Shown: piece after piece, positions 50,201-58,928 of the stretch
How the letters are laid out: each line of letters opens with the position of its first letter
How positions within the stretch are numbered: the stretch's first letter is position 1
From: a virus
Taxonomy: Duplodnaviria; Caudoviricetes
Virus record (IMG/VR): IMGVR_UViG_3300002552_000444
Coordinates: 1-64,000 of that record
Reading direction: 5' to 3' (one strand)
DNA: 64,000 nt
Notes under the pieces: generated by a model
What the model was told of the DNA's origin: nothing
Database searches by the model: none
Seen by the model: only the letters and a program-made list of their open reading frames with translations
Position numbers and translations under genes: made by a program

Positions 50201-52273
50201 CATTTGTATGCCTTGTGCTTTAGCGTTAGCAAGTATTGTTGCCGCTTCTTTTTGGAGTGCTGCCTCACTTTTAAAGACGAGTAATGTTTTATTTTGATAC
50301 GCAGTCTTAACTTTTTCAAGGACAGTTCCTAGTTTTCCATACGCCATAACGACAACTGCAATAGCGGTTGCGGCAAGCATTGCAGAAACTAAAAAGCCAT
50401 CGCCGACTGACATAATAGCGCTAAGTATCTCTGCAATGCCTTTAATAATCCCTAGAAAAACTTTGACAAAACTGCTGTCGAGTAGCGTTTGAGAAAAGTC
50501 CACCCATGTCGCACGAAGTTGAGAAAGCCTTCCTTCGATAGAGTTCATATACTCTTCTTGAACCCTTCTCATGTTTCCAATTCCGCTTGAATAACCCTCG
50601 ACAATATCCTGAGCCTGTTGCCAATTCTCGATAATGCTCTTGAACGCTGTGGCTTGACTGTCTCCAGCAATCATGGTTGCGATTGCATTTCGTTGTGAGT
50701 CATTAAGATTTTCCCATGCATTTGAGACATCGTTTAAAACTGCAAAGGTTGAGCGAAAGTTTCCGTTAACATCACGAATTGAAATTCCAAGGTTATCCAT
50801 GCGTGATGCTAGTCGCTCGGTTTCAATGACACTATTTTCGTCAATTCCTAAAACTCGAAGTTGCGACTGATTTCTTGACAGTCTTGCTGAAATGTGGTTA
50901 ATAGCAGTTGCTGCGCTACTCTCATTTTGCAAAGCAGATGTCGCAGCACCTAAAATACCAAGCGACTCAGAGAGCGTGTTTCCGCTTAGTGCTAAACTTT
51001 GGGCGGCGTCGTTTAAAGCACGAGAGATTTGTTCTGATGTGATAGCGAAGTTTTGTCCGATGTGGATAAATTGGTCGAAAACGCTTTCTAGGTCATTAGT
51101 TGACAGGTTAAATTCTTTGATTGCCGACGACATAACTGTGGCGATATCATCAATGCTCTCGCCTGTTATTCGTGAGTAGATTATGGCTTGTTCTGCTAAA
51201 TTTTGCGCTTGACCTAACGAATGGCCCAAGCGAGTAAAGACAGTAACAGCCTCAACAAGTTCGCTAACTGATGCTCCAACACTCCTAGCCGACTGCGAAA
51301 CGCTCCTTGAAAAATCGTCAAACTCTCGTTTTGTTGCTCTCGCCGACATCCTCAAATTCGTCATGGCAGTGTCGAGTTCAACGACATTTTGATAGACCTG
51401 TCGAAATGCTCGCATTAAAGTTCCGACGAGCAAAACGGATAAAGTGATGAAAACTCGGCGGTCAAACATCTGTCTTAATTTGCTTCCGAAGGTGCTTGTT
51501 GAGACAGTTAGTTGGTTTAAAGAAGTGTCGGCATCTCTAGTTAAATTGACAAATTCTCGAACTTGGTCAGCACTTCCTGAAAAGGTTTGCCCTATTTTTT
51601 CATACAACTTATCTGCCCATACCGCCGCTTCTTTGTTGTGTTTGATGAGGTCTTGGTAGCGATTAAGTAGTGCCGATGCCGCAGCCTGAGCGCCTTTAAA
51701 TTTTGTTTCTAACCCCAAGTCCTGATGCTCTGCAATCTTTTGTTTCAACAAAAATTGCTTGCTTAATTTTGCGTTCAGTTCTTGAATTTGTTTAATTTCA
51801 TTCGCATTAATTCCGCCTGATTTTTTTGCATTTTCAAATGCTTCTTCAAATTTTTGCGTTGCTTCTTGAGCCGTTAATAACTGCAAACGCATAGCGTCAT
51901 TGCCATGCTTTCTTGCCATGAGCAATCTGTTCTCTTCGGCGTATTGCTCCTTTAAAAGCGTTATAATGGCTTTATTTGTGCTTATTTTCTCTTTATGCGC
52001 AGTTTTTTGCGTGTTCGTCCCAGTTTTAACCCCGATATTGTTCGATATTTTTATATTACTCGTTTGAGCATTAATCTTCTTCGCAAGTGCGCTAATCTGC
52101 TTTTTAAAATGGTTTTCATCAACACCAAGTTTGACTTTAAATCTATTAGGGTTAGCATTGATTTTCCCGACAATTTCTTTGAGTTGTTTTAATATCCTCG
52201 CTCCTGAATCACCGCTAATACTACCTTTTCCAAGCACACCAAAACTAATGCCTACTACATTTTTGTCCGACAT
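47207..52273 (-). CDS. tail tape measure protein (TP901-like)
   Basis: ELDTAMTNL, GISIRD.NG.FRSTF.VL, SNPIGWI TM region, PKFHTGG near the end; GGAGG RBS supports start at 52273. Confidence 0.92.
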   Translation of the reverse strand: MSDKNVVGISFGVLGKGSISGDSGARILKQLKEIVGKINANPNRFKVKLGVDENHFKKQISALAKKINAQTSNIKISNNIGVKTGTNTQKTAHKEKISTNKAIITLLKEQYAEENRLLMARKHGNDAMRLQLLTAQEATQKFEEAFENAKKSGGINANEIKQIQELNAKLSKQFLLKQKIAEHQDLGLETKFKGAQAAASALLNRYQDLIKHNKEAAVWADKLYEKIGQTFSGSADQVREFVNLTRDADTSLNQLTVSTSTFGSKLRQMFDRRVFITLSVLLVGTLMRAFRQVYQNVVELDTAMTNLRMSARATKREFDDFSRSVSQSARSVGASVSELVEAVTVFTRLGHSLGQAQNLAEQAIIYSRITGESIDDIATVMSSAIKEFNLSTNDLESVFDQFIHIGQNFAITSEQISRALNDAAQSLALSGNTLSESLGILGAATSALQNESSAATAINHISARLSRNQSQLRVLGIDENSVIETERLASRMDNLGISIRDVNGNFRSTFAVLNDVSNAWENLNDSQRNAIATMIAGDSQATAFKSIIENWQQAQDIVEGYSSGIGNMRRVQEEYMNSIEGRLSQLRATWVDFSQTLLDSSFVKVFLGIIKGIAEILSAIMSVGDGFLVSAMLAATAIAVVVMAYGKLGTVLEKVKTAYQNKTLLVFKSEAALQKEAATILANAKAQGIQMTQTEALTIAKKNARLATISLTAATAMLTIAFITIRNGGQRWARVLGILAGVLGIAAFAVRIFFLKTRLGIKGVDKTIRAFMASNPIGWILLLVSAIVTATMALVNLFRRPSVADLQDAAREAKNAVNELKEEIEDVNSKLEDTAERIREIEELSRQRPLNLVEEDELNRLRALNSELVATQRELEIRKNAAQSVAQNTATIAANAQLDQREQASREMRNRDNRHIYDDTGNRIDLRSEVLASGRQSRSNLERIDIIMDNWGRANATQRAFVAEVIGDLAENAEAIRYVAGAVNTEQQAANEAYRRIWEQRDRFVIASGGGLSDIWGSLLTRSNFSNAANELRIFADAGEVTAQSLEELARSNSQIQSFISYIESLGYTLRDHNGFIDSFIVSINELWSSSLFRVGRLDHLDIIEETQGSFDALARGLDDVFRVGVLSAQRTRLLIEEYEHLAKFFSRTSQGFVLSDEFSGLTQSEILQAFATESLKQYVAALEIARRQVADTAGEHVQYSRAWHEHQRAIKTAYNAYSNLNIATETWAIHIRSVAIRDATDALNDKRDALRDQLSAYRDLINIRRDLLRTYRQEINFQRELARRQQNLADIQAQLTLSRMDNSASGRARTRELESRLREAQEALDDFTLERAVDVLTRQLDNQFREYELLINAEIDRIVEEIANLADMLKVIIDRPATDTAGVENQVAIIGKQGQLDALNRRIEQQDTRLNDARLQETIAQQNLADALSDKHGDVESAEYLLSQAEEAMRKAIAEMNELEAKRTGLENKLNSLRTEPAGSVDASALQRNSLQAQIDAARADAQRQTIVVNSARASANDAQSFVDNATKHDDVDALERDRDAANRVYSSAQADLSNLNAHLRELEKRMQNLPKFHTGGVINTNRSVPGMKNDELLAILQNGEGVLTRHHMRNLSHLIDTNKFLLKGGTGSTNTDINNFNFEFNVGAVTRESLPQTEKIINEAVNRFKEEIGSGMVRSGYKNSINKFRQ

Positions 52274-52319
52274 AAAAAAACCTCCAGCAATAAAAAATCT
52301 GCCGAATATTTTCGACAGA

Positions 52320-52577
52320 TTAATTATCAATTTCTACGAACCAGCGACCACCGATTACTTTGTTAAACTTCACATCTTCGAGCCAAATACATCTCTCCTC
52401 ACCATCAATCGTTATACTATAACGATATCCAGTCCCCCCAGCTGTTGAAGCCATTCTTCTTGCGTCGTGAGCATGAGTGATTTTCAATTCTCGACCATCT
52501 TCCCAAATCAACACTTTCGGCGTTATATTTCCTTCCTCATCAAATTCGGCAATAACTTTCACATACTTCTTCCCCAT
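52320..52577 (-). CDS. small DinB-associated protein
   Basis: YVKV.A.FD.EG.I.P....WEDG...I....AGG.G.RY...WFVE; directly follows dinB. Confidence 0.7.
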   Translation of the reverse strand: MGKKYVKVIAEFDEEGNITPKVLIWEDGRELKITHAHDARRMASTAGGTGYRYSITIDGEERCIWLEDVKFNKVIGGRWFVEIDN

Positions 52578-52594
52578 AGAAATAGTATGTGCAA

Positions 52595-53824
52595 TTATTT
52601 AAAGTAACTTGTGGGAAAAACTGTGTTTTCTTCTTTGGGGTCAATTCCACACAGTTCTTTATCGACATGCTCAATGCCTCGCTTAATTGCGACATGACCG
52701 TGCTTACTACGAATTCTATCAATTGTGTGCTCCAAACTTTCCGCTTCTTTTTGCTCGGCATCATTTCCAAAAAGGTCTAGTTGAACAGGAGTGTCAGCTG
52801 AACTTAAATTCGTCATTCTCACTCCAATACTTCTAATGGGCTTAGAAAAGTCATAAAACTTGAATAGTTCCATCGAAGTTTTAATGATGTCCTCTGAAAG
52901 AAATGACGGTTTTTCAATCTTTGTTTGCTTGCCCCAGTCAACAAGTTCGTTGTCCCTGACAGTTAAATGAACCACCTGACCTTTAAGCCATTGTTCACGA
53001 AGTCTTGCGGCAACGCTTTCAGATAGAACCGTTACAATCATCAAAACATCGTCAAGAGTTTTTAAATCGCGCATTGTTGTTGTTGAATTGCCAATGGACT
53101 TAACATCATTATCGTCAACATACTTTGCAACAGGTGATAGGTCAAAGCCATTTGCGAAATTCCACAAAACCTCACCCCACTTTCCTAATCGAAGTTTTAA
53201 ATCCGCTACATCCGCGTTTGCAATATCACCAATAGTTTTAATTCCAAAGCTCCCTAGTTTTGCTTTTGTTGCTTTGCCGACATATAGCAAGTCATTTGCT
53301 GGAAGTGGGAAAATTCTTTGCTTAAAATTCTTTCTTGAAATTTCAGTCACTATATCTGGCTTTCTTAAATCCGAGCCTAGTTTTGCAAAAATCTTATTCC
53401 ACGACACCCCGATACTAACTGTTAGCCCCGTTTCCCTTTTAACTCGTTCTCTAATTTCTTCTGCGGTCTTTTTCCCGTCTCGCCCCGTCACATCAAGCCA
53501 AGCTTCGTCAATTCCGAATGGCTCAATCTGATCGGTGTAGTTGTTGTATAAATCTTTCACGATTTGTGAGTAGCGCTGATACTTATCAAAATGTGCTGGA
53601 ACTGTCACTAAATCCGGACATTTTTGTTTTGCTTGCCAAATGACTTCCCCTGTCTTAATCTTGAACTTTTTTGCAATTTCGTTTTTAGCCAGAATGATAC
53701 CATGCCGCTGGTCAGCATCGCCGCAAACCGCAACTGGCAAATCCCTAATCTTAGGGTTTTCAAAACATTCAACAGCCGCATAAAAGCCGTTTAGGTCGCT
53801 ATGTAGTATAACTCTATCGCTCAC
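52595..53824 (-). CDS. dinB: DNA polymerase IV (Y family)
   Basis: ILHSDLNGFYAAVE, IEPFGIDEAWLD, SIGVSWNK..AKL.SD..KP, QLDLF clamp-binding motif. Confidence 0.95.
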   Translation of the reverse strand: MSDRVILHSDLNGFYAAVECFENPKIRDLPVAVCGDADQRHGIILAKNEIAKKFKIKTGEVIWQAKQKCPDLVTVPAHFDKYQRYSQIVKDLYNNYTDQIEPFGIDEAWLDVTGRDGKKTAEEIRERVKRETGLTVSIGVSWNKIFAKLGSDLRKPDIVTEISRKNFKQRIFPLPANDLLYVGKATKAKLGSFGIKTIGDIANADVADLKLRLGKWGEVLWNFANGFDLSPVAKYVDDNDVKSIGNSTTTMRDLKTLDDVLMIVTVLSESVAARLREQWLKGQVVHLTVRDNELVDWGKQTKIEKPSFLSEDIIKTSMELFKFYDFSKPIRSIGVRMTNLSSADTPVQLDLFGNDAEQKEAESLEHTIDRIRSKHGHVAIKRGIEHVDKELCGIDPKEENTVFPTSYFK

Positions 53825-53883
53825 AAGAAATTAAGTATATCACATAAAAAAGGAATTGTCCATACCTTTTTGCAAATTAATTT

Positions 53884-53913
53884 AAAAAAGTCGCATGGCC
53901 TTTGCGACTTTTT
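53884..53913. terminator. bidirectional terminator
   Basis: aaaaagtcgca-tggcctt-tgcgacttttt. Confidence 0.75.
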
Positions 53914-53935
53914 CATAAAAAACTGCTATACTATT

Positions 53936-54103
53936 TCACGCTGCGTTGACACTGACTATGTAATTATTTCCATTTATCATTGTCACTTCAAAAGAAGTTA
54001 TTTCTTCTTCTCTCTTGTTAGAATACTCAATTCCCTTAACTTCGGGAATTTCCATATTCACTAACTCTCCCATCTTGGTCGTTAGTTTTTCAATTTCAGA
54101 CAT
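53936..54103 (-). CDS. unlisted 55-aa protein (MSEIEKLTTK...VSVNAA)
   Basis: AAGGAGG RBS, upstream TTGCAT-17-TATAAT promoter, downstream terminator. Confidence 0.7.
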   Translation of the reverse strand: MSEIEKLTTKMGELVNMEIPEVKGIEYSNKREEEITSFEVTMINGNNYIVSVNAA

Positions 54104-54133
54104 TGATTTTAAGCCTCCTTGTGTTTAATATAT

Positions 54134-54197
54134 TTTGTGATCACATAAATATATTATATCTTAGATGTAGGCACAATGCAATTATTTTGTGCCTACT
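54134..54197. promoter_or_regulatory. putative XRE operator array in divergent promoter region
   Basis: GTAGGCACAA-N10-TTGTGCCTAC inverted repeat (54167-54196) plus related palindrome TGTGATCACA (54136-54145). Confidence 0.6.
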
Positions 54198-54232
54198 TTT
54201 GAGATAATTATTTAAATAGGAGACTAAATTCA

Positions 54233-54670
54233 ATGAATTTTTTGTCAAACTTTAGCGAAAGACTTTCGGAACTAATTATTGAACATGAATTAACAACTGA
54301 TAAACTAGCCGCTGAACTTGGTGTCATCGGCTCAACTGTTCGCCGTTGGAAACAAGCAAAGCGAAGTATTTCATTATCTAATGCCCTACTTTTGGCAAAC
54401 TATTTTGACTGTTCTCTTGAATTTCTTATTGGAAAAACTGATAATAAACTTGACTTCACCCCAAAAGAACATCTTCCGTTTTATGAGCGTTTGCGTGAAG
54501 TTATGGAAGAAAAAAATGTCACTTGGTATCAAATCGTTAAAGACGATATAGTTTCAGATAACAATCTTTCGGTTTGGAAAAATGGAACATCACCCTATTT
54601 GCAATCGGTTATTGACATTGCCAACTACTTTGATTTAACTCTCGACCAGTTCATTGGTCGTGACCTTTAA
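54233..54670 (+). CDS. tandem XRE HTH transcriptional regulator
   Basis: Two FxERL...LA.YF...L...G HTH repeats. Confidence 0.88.
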   Translation: MNFLSNFSERLSELIIEHELTTDKLAAELGVIGSTVRRWKQAKRSISLSNALLLANYFDCSLEFLIGKTDNKLDFTPKEHLPFYERLREVMEEKNVTWYQIVKDDIVSDNNLSVWKNGTSPYLQSVIDIANYFDLTLDQFIGRDL

Positions 54671-55185
54671 TTCAAACTTTCAAAATCGTCGATAAGTCTT
54701 GCAACAGCAACTCCTTTTGCTTGAGCGTTGAAACTTGAGATTGCATCATTCAAAAATGAATTCGGAACTTCAGCAATTCTACTTCGGATATTTGTCTTTC
54801 CGCTCCAACTTCCCCAAACATAATCCCTTGCTGTCCAGCCTTTAGCGAAATGAATAACTATGTTTTCAACGCCGCTATAGCGACTTGGTTGCAAGGACTC
54901 TCTAAATAAAGCCCCCTCTCGGAACGATAGTTTGATTTCTATCGTTCCATCTCTTTTCTTAGAGGACTCACTTATGAGAATGTCATCAAGGGTTACGCTT
55001 GCGACAACTGGCTGGATATGTGAGTGCAGAATCTTTCGCGCCATTGCTCCCAATTTTTTTAAGTCTTTGAAACTCAGACCGTTTGGGTCGTAGGAAATGC
55101 CAGTCTTATCTTTAATCTTCTTTCGTCCTTGCGAAGTCTTTGCAAACTTCTTCACTTTCTTCATTATCTCATTTTTCGAAATCAC
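54667..55185 (-). CDS. phage tail-region protein
   Basis: GGAGG plus GTG start; position before TMP in virion operon. Confidence 0.55.
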   Translation of the reverse strand: MISKNEIMKKVKKFAKTSQGRKKIKDKTGISYDPNGLSFKDLKKLGAMARKILHSHIQPVVASVTLDDILISESSKKRDGTIEIKLSFREGALFRESLQPSRYSGVENIVIHFAKGWTARDYVWGSWSGKTNIRSRIAEVPNSFLNDAISSFNAQAKGVAVARLIDDFESLN

Positions 55186-55284
55186 TTCAACCTCCATTAT
55201 GCGAAAAAATGCAATTTCAATTGAAACCGCCCTCATTCAAAACCCACCTATTTTGGTGGGTTTAAAAAATTCTATTTAGTGTAA

Positions 55285-55599
55285 TTATTTGTTCACCTTT
55301 TTGACAGCAGATTCCAAAATGAAGGTGTCGAGTTCTTTTTCAACAACTGCGAAGGCTTTCTTTGCACAGTCTAACTCTCCATTGACTTTGCCAGTCTTAA
55401 TCGCAATGCTATTCGCTTCGGTTAGTTTTCCAATACTTTTAAGAGCTCGTAAAACTAGCAAGTCTTTTTTCGTTCTTCTTTCTTCCGATGCTTCAGCATA
55501 CTTTTCCATGCGCTTAAAATGTCTTTGCAAGAAATAGATGAAGACTCCGCCAAGACCACTGACGATTGTGCAAATTAATGCAATTAGTAATTCATTCAA
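55285..55599 (-). CDS. small membrane protein, holin-like
   Basis: N-terminal TM helix, charged C-terminus with NGEL motif. Confidence 0.45.
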   Translation of the reverse strand: MNELLIALICTIVSGLGGVFIYFLQRHFKRMEKYAEASEERRTKKDLLVLRALKSIGKLTEANSIAIKTGKVNGELDCAKKAFAVVEKELDTFILESAVKKVNK

Positions 55600-55602
55600 A
55601 TT

Positions 55603-56202
55603 CTACTCACCCCCTTTTTCAGCCATTCCTGAAAATGATTTTATCAAACTGCTGATGTCGAAATTCTTACTAAGTCCAGACAACATTCCAAAGGTTTTTT
55701 CAATATCCAAATCTCCAAGGTTTTTAGTCAGTTTTTCAAGAATTCCACCAATTCTATCAAGCATACGATTCCAATTTGTTGCGTAAGCGATTTCTAAAAT
55801 CCTTGCATCCACTAACTTGTTGAAGTTTGACACGAAATCACCCACAATTTTTTCGCCAAGCAATTCGGAAACACTTTCATAGATTGGGGTATACATCACA
55901 ATCAGCCATGCGGTATTTAAATCGTGTGGAATATCAATGTCGGTGTAGCACGACAAAATCCCATATCTTTGAGCAAACTGAGTGAACGCGGGCATATATG
56001 AATTCATGTCAGTTGTATCATCTTGAAACAAAAAGTCAACCGACATCTTTATTTCTTGCGCCATAACTCCCTCACTTGATGCAAATGAAACATTGACAAT
56101 GAGTTCGTTTTCCCCTTCTCCAAATCTTAGTTCTTTTCTTTCAGGCGCGGAATTCACTATTAAATTAGCTAACGCTTTTATTTTTCTATTTTCTTTTTCC
56201 AT
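55603..56202 (-). CDS. putative tail assembly chaperone
   Basis: Immediately downstream of major tail protein; GGAGG RBS. Confidence 0.5.
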   Translation of the reverse strand: MEKENRKIKALANLIVNSAPERKELRFGEGENELIVNVSFASSEGVMAQEIKMSVDFLFQDDTTDMNSYMPAFTQFAQRYGILSCYTDIDIPHDLNTAWLIVMYTPIYESVSELLGEKIVGDFVSNFNKLVDARILEIAYATNWNRMLDRIGGILEKLTKNLGDLDIEKTFGMLSGLSKNFDISSLIKSFSGMAEKGGE

Positions 56203-56222
56203 TTCTTTGTTCCTCCATGAAT

Positions 56223-56251
56223 TTGAGCCTCGACATCAGTTGTCGAGGCTC
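56223..56251 (-). terminator. hairpin after major tail gene
   Basis: gagcctcgaca-actga-tgtcgaggctc. Confidence 0.55.
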
Positions 56252-56266
56252 TATCAAATCGTTGTT

Positions 56267-57166
56267 TTATGCAATTAATACCTCAAACACATACGCATGA
56301 GGGTTTCCATCAACGCTCATTGTGATTATTATTTCACCATCAGCGTAGGCGTTTGCAATATTTTCAACAGTATGCCCTGTGTAGCCGAGTAGCGTCAAGA
56401 TTTCTTTCGTCATGGTTATTTTCCCGTCAACCACCAATGCCGTTTCAGCATTGCCGTTCAATAGGAATGTGACCGCACTATCGCTGACAGTTATTGTTGC
56501 ATCAACACCCGCAATACTTTGACTCACTCCACCAACCTCTCGTGAAGTCAAACGAAATACTCCGTTTGGCGCGGGAACTTCAACACTTGGATATTCACCC
56601 TCATCAGCGTCCTCAAAGCCAAGAGTTACAAGGTCTGCATCTTCATTATCTGCAAGATCGAGCGTGATTGTGATTGACTGCGGATCGCCGTCCCCTGTGT
56701 AGCCCGCGCTAAATGCTCTTTGAACTGACGCTTTGTGTAGCGTGATATTTTGCGTATGATTAACTCCGTCTTCATCACGATAGAATGTCACGCATTCAAG
56801 CACAAAATAGAACTTGCGCCTTTTGGGGTCATTTGAAAAATTGATTCTTTTCTTGTCGAAGGCTTTCGGGTCGAGTCCTGCAATCATCGCCCACACCGCT
56901 GGATTCGTGATTTGTGTTTCGATTGTGAAAGTTCCTTCCAGCGGATTGTCAAAACCAATCTTGCGTTTGAACCCCATTCCACCTGTTGCCCAAACAGTGT
57001 CACCGCTTGTTTCAAGTGTGCAGGAATTCACGAAGTCAACCACTAGCGGATCTTCCGCCGACTTGAACCCATTCGCTCCGCGTGATTTTTCATACTTGTA
57101 GAATTTTAAGTCAAGCCCTGACCTATTTGCAAACTGAGTCGTTTGCCCCAATTCATTTCTTTTCAT
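56267..57166 (-). CDS. major tail protein with C-terminal accessory domain
   Basis: WATGG.....I.FD...GT..IE, GDGDP.S..IT.D as in SPbeta-like tail tubes. Confidence 0.7.
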   Translation of the reverse strand: MKRNELGQTTQFANRSGLDLKFYKYEKSRGANGFKSAEDPLVVDFVNSCTLETSGDTVWATGGMGFKRKIGFDNPLEGTFTIETQITNPAVWAMIAGLDPKAFDKKRINFSNDPKRRKFYFVLECVTFYRDEDGVNHTQNITLHKASVQRAFSAGYTGDGDPQSITITLDLADNEDADLVTLGFEDADEGEYPSVEVPAPNGVFRLTSREVGGVSQSIAGVDATITVSDSAVTFLLNGNAETALVVDGKITMTKEILTLLGYTGHTVENIANAYADGEIIITMSVDGNPHAYVFEVLIA

Positions 57167-57240
57167 TCATTTCTCCTTGGCGCCACTAGCGCTTTTGTCG
57201 GGCAAAATATTTTAGTTGCTGCTTTTTCTAAATGCAACTA

Positions 57241-57663
57241 TCACCCATTAATTTTAACTCTATTTTTTAATTCTGTTGATGATTTTCCATGAGAACGGTC
57301 AATATAAAGCGTTTTAATGCCCATACAAGCCTCGTAACCTATGCCAGTCCATTCTCGCCCTAGGTAATCTTCGCCTAGGATTCTGACATCATATGTCGTA
57401 GTTTGCAAGAGCAACAACAAATCCTCCTCGCTTTCATATGGGATAATTTTGCTGATATTCTTACACATGGAGAGCTTCTTATACCGCTCATAAACCGATT
57501 GAACAGGCTTGTTTTTCCAGCCATTCTCCGGCACAACATTCAAACAAACGATTATCTTTTCGCATTGCTCACTTGCAACTTCGAGCGTCCTTAAATGCCC
57601 GATATGCATTAAATCGAATGACGAACATAACAGTCCGATTTTGAATTTTGGTTTGTTTTCCAT
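57241..57663 (-). CDS. TagD-like (glycerol-3-phosphate) cytidylyltransferase
   Basis: SFDLMHIGH (HxGH), PVQSVYER, IIPYESEEDL, RILGEDY, RSHGKSSTELK. Confidence 0.88.
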   Translation of the reverse strand: MENKPKFKIGLLCSSFDLMHIGHLRTLEVASEQCEKIIVCLNVVPENGWKNKPVQSVYERYKKLSMCKNISKIIPYESEEDLLLLLQTTTYDVRILGEDYLGREWTGIGYEACMGIKTLYIDRSHGKSSTELKNRVKING

Positions 57664-57675
57664 TTCTTCTCCTTG

Positions 57676-58428
57676 TTATTTCAGCAGTTCTGGAACAGGT
57701 TTGAGCCAGTTCTGAAAGTCAAATTTGTCGCCCCCATGCGTTGCGTATGCGTTTTCACCAACAGCACAACTTCGCAAGTGGCTCAATTGAAAAAACTGAT
57801 CGTGCAGTTGATAGACAGTTAAGTCATAGATATTTGCGAATGTGTAGCCAGAATGCGAAGCACACAGTTTTGAAATCATATTGCCAAGCCGCATCCACTT
57901 ATTCCCGCTCGTCTTCTTGCCCTGCTCCTTTTTGAACTTTTGCTCCAACTCCCAATATTTCTTGGCTTTTGCATTTGCAAATTTTGGTTGAGCATTATCT
58001 TCCAAGTCAAGGAAATTCAGTTGCAAAATCATACTTCGAACTTTATCGAAATTATCTCTGTCAATCTTTCCAATTTCTTTTGAATCACTCGAAGTGACAA
58101 AGCAACTTTCAGTCTCGCTCCAACCAACATCTTCAACCATGAAAAAAGAGAGTGCCTCACGAAGCAACTCTCTAAAGTCAAGTTTCAAAATCGCCATCAT
58201 ATCGAACAATGTTAGACTCTCGTTTTTTGAGAATATGGCAGAATGATTGTGAGGTAAATTTTTTAAGAACTCTTCCTTATCCCAAGACAAAATGGCAATG
58301 TAGATGTTATATGCTGAAAATCCTATTCCACTTGACCCCAACTCTTTTAAGCGCGGCGAGCGAAAGTATCCTATGCCCTCAACAAAAATTGGCTCGCCCG
58401 AAAGCAAGTCTTCATAAGAAAACCTCAT
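57676..58428 (-). CDS. phage virion-module protein
   Basis: IYDLTVYQLHDQF motif; overlap-coupled in virion operon. Confidence 0.55.
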   Translation of the reverse strand: MRFSYEDLLSGEPIFVEGIGYFRSPRLKELGSSGIGFSAYNIYIAILSWDKEEFLKNLPHNHSAIFSKNESLTLFDMMAILKLDFRELLREALSFFMVEDVGWSETESCFVTSSDSKEIGKIDRDNFDKVRSMILQLNFLDLEDNAQPKFANAKAKKYWELEQKFKKEQGKKTSGNKWMRLGNMISKLCASHSGYTFANIYDLTVYQLHDQFFQLSHLRSCAVGENAYATHGGDKFDFQNWLKPVPELLK

Positions 58429-58928
58429 CGCACACCACCTCTATAATTGAACTCTGGAATTTCATATTCCAATTCTTTGATTGTGAAGTCTTGTGGCGCA
58501 GATAAAGTTTTCACACTCCTGAGCGACAACTTTCCAATTCCAAAAACATCTTGAAAATTCAAGAGCCTATCGACATATCGAACAATGTTGTCACGACGAT
58601 TCCCCATCACACTTGGAAAGGTTTGACTTGAAAGATTCATGAATTGTTTGTGACACGCAATCGAGATATAGAGTCGCATTCCCTTGATTCTCATATTCTG
58701 AACACTCGGCACATCAGCCTCTGCCCAAACAAATGCGGCAGTCTCGGTTATAGTTCCATCGACATATTGATAGGTGAAAAGGTTTTTATCAAAACAATCG
58801 TCCTTGTGTTCATCTTCCACATCGCTAACTGCGACATTGCGGATTAGTCCAACGCAGTGCGTGTCCTCGCTAATGAGTTTAATTGCTCGTGCAGGATATG
58901 ATACTATTTCATCGAGAAAAGTTTTCAT
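58425..58928 (-). CDS. putative tail terminator/completion protein
   Basis: AGGAGG before MKTF; GNRRD...D.LLN...GIGKL; synteny. Confidence 0.55.
   Translation of the reverse strand: MKTFLDEIVSYPARAIKLISEDTHCVGLIRNVAVSDVEDEHKDDCFDKNLFTYQYVDGTITETAAFVWAEADVPSVQNMRIKGMRLYISIACHKQFMNLSSQTFPSVMGNRRDNIVRYVDRLLNFQDVFGIGKLSLRSVKTLSAPQDFTIKELEYEIPEFNYRGGVR

Noticed and set aside
55285-56202. Tail-chaperone programmed frameshift
   Set aside because: No convincing slippery site with an extended alternative frame identified; the downstream ORF has its own start.
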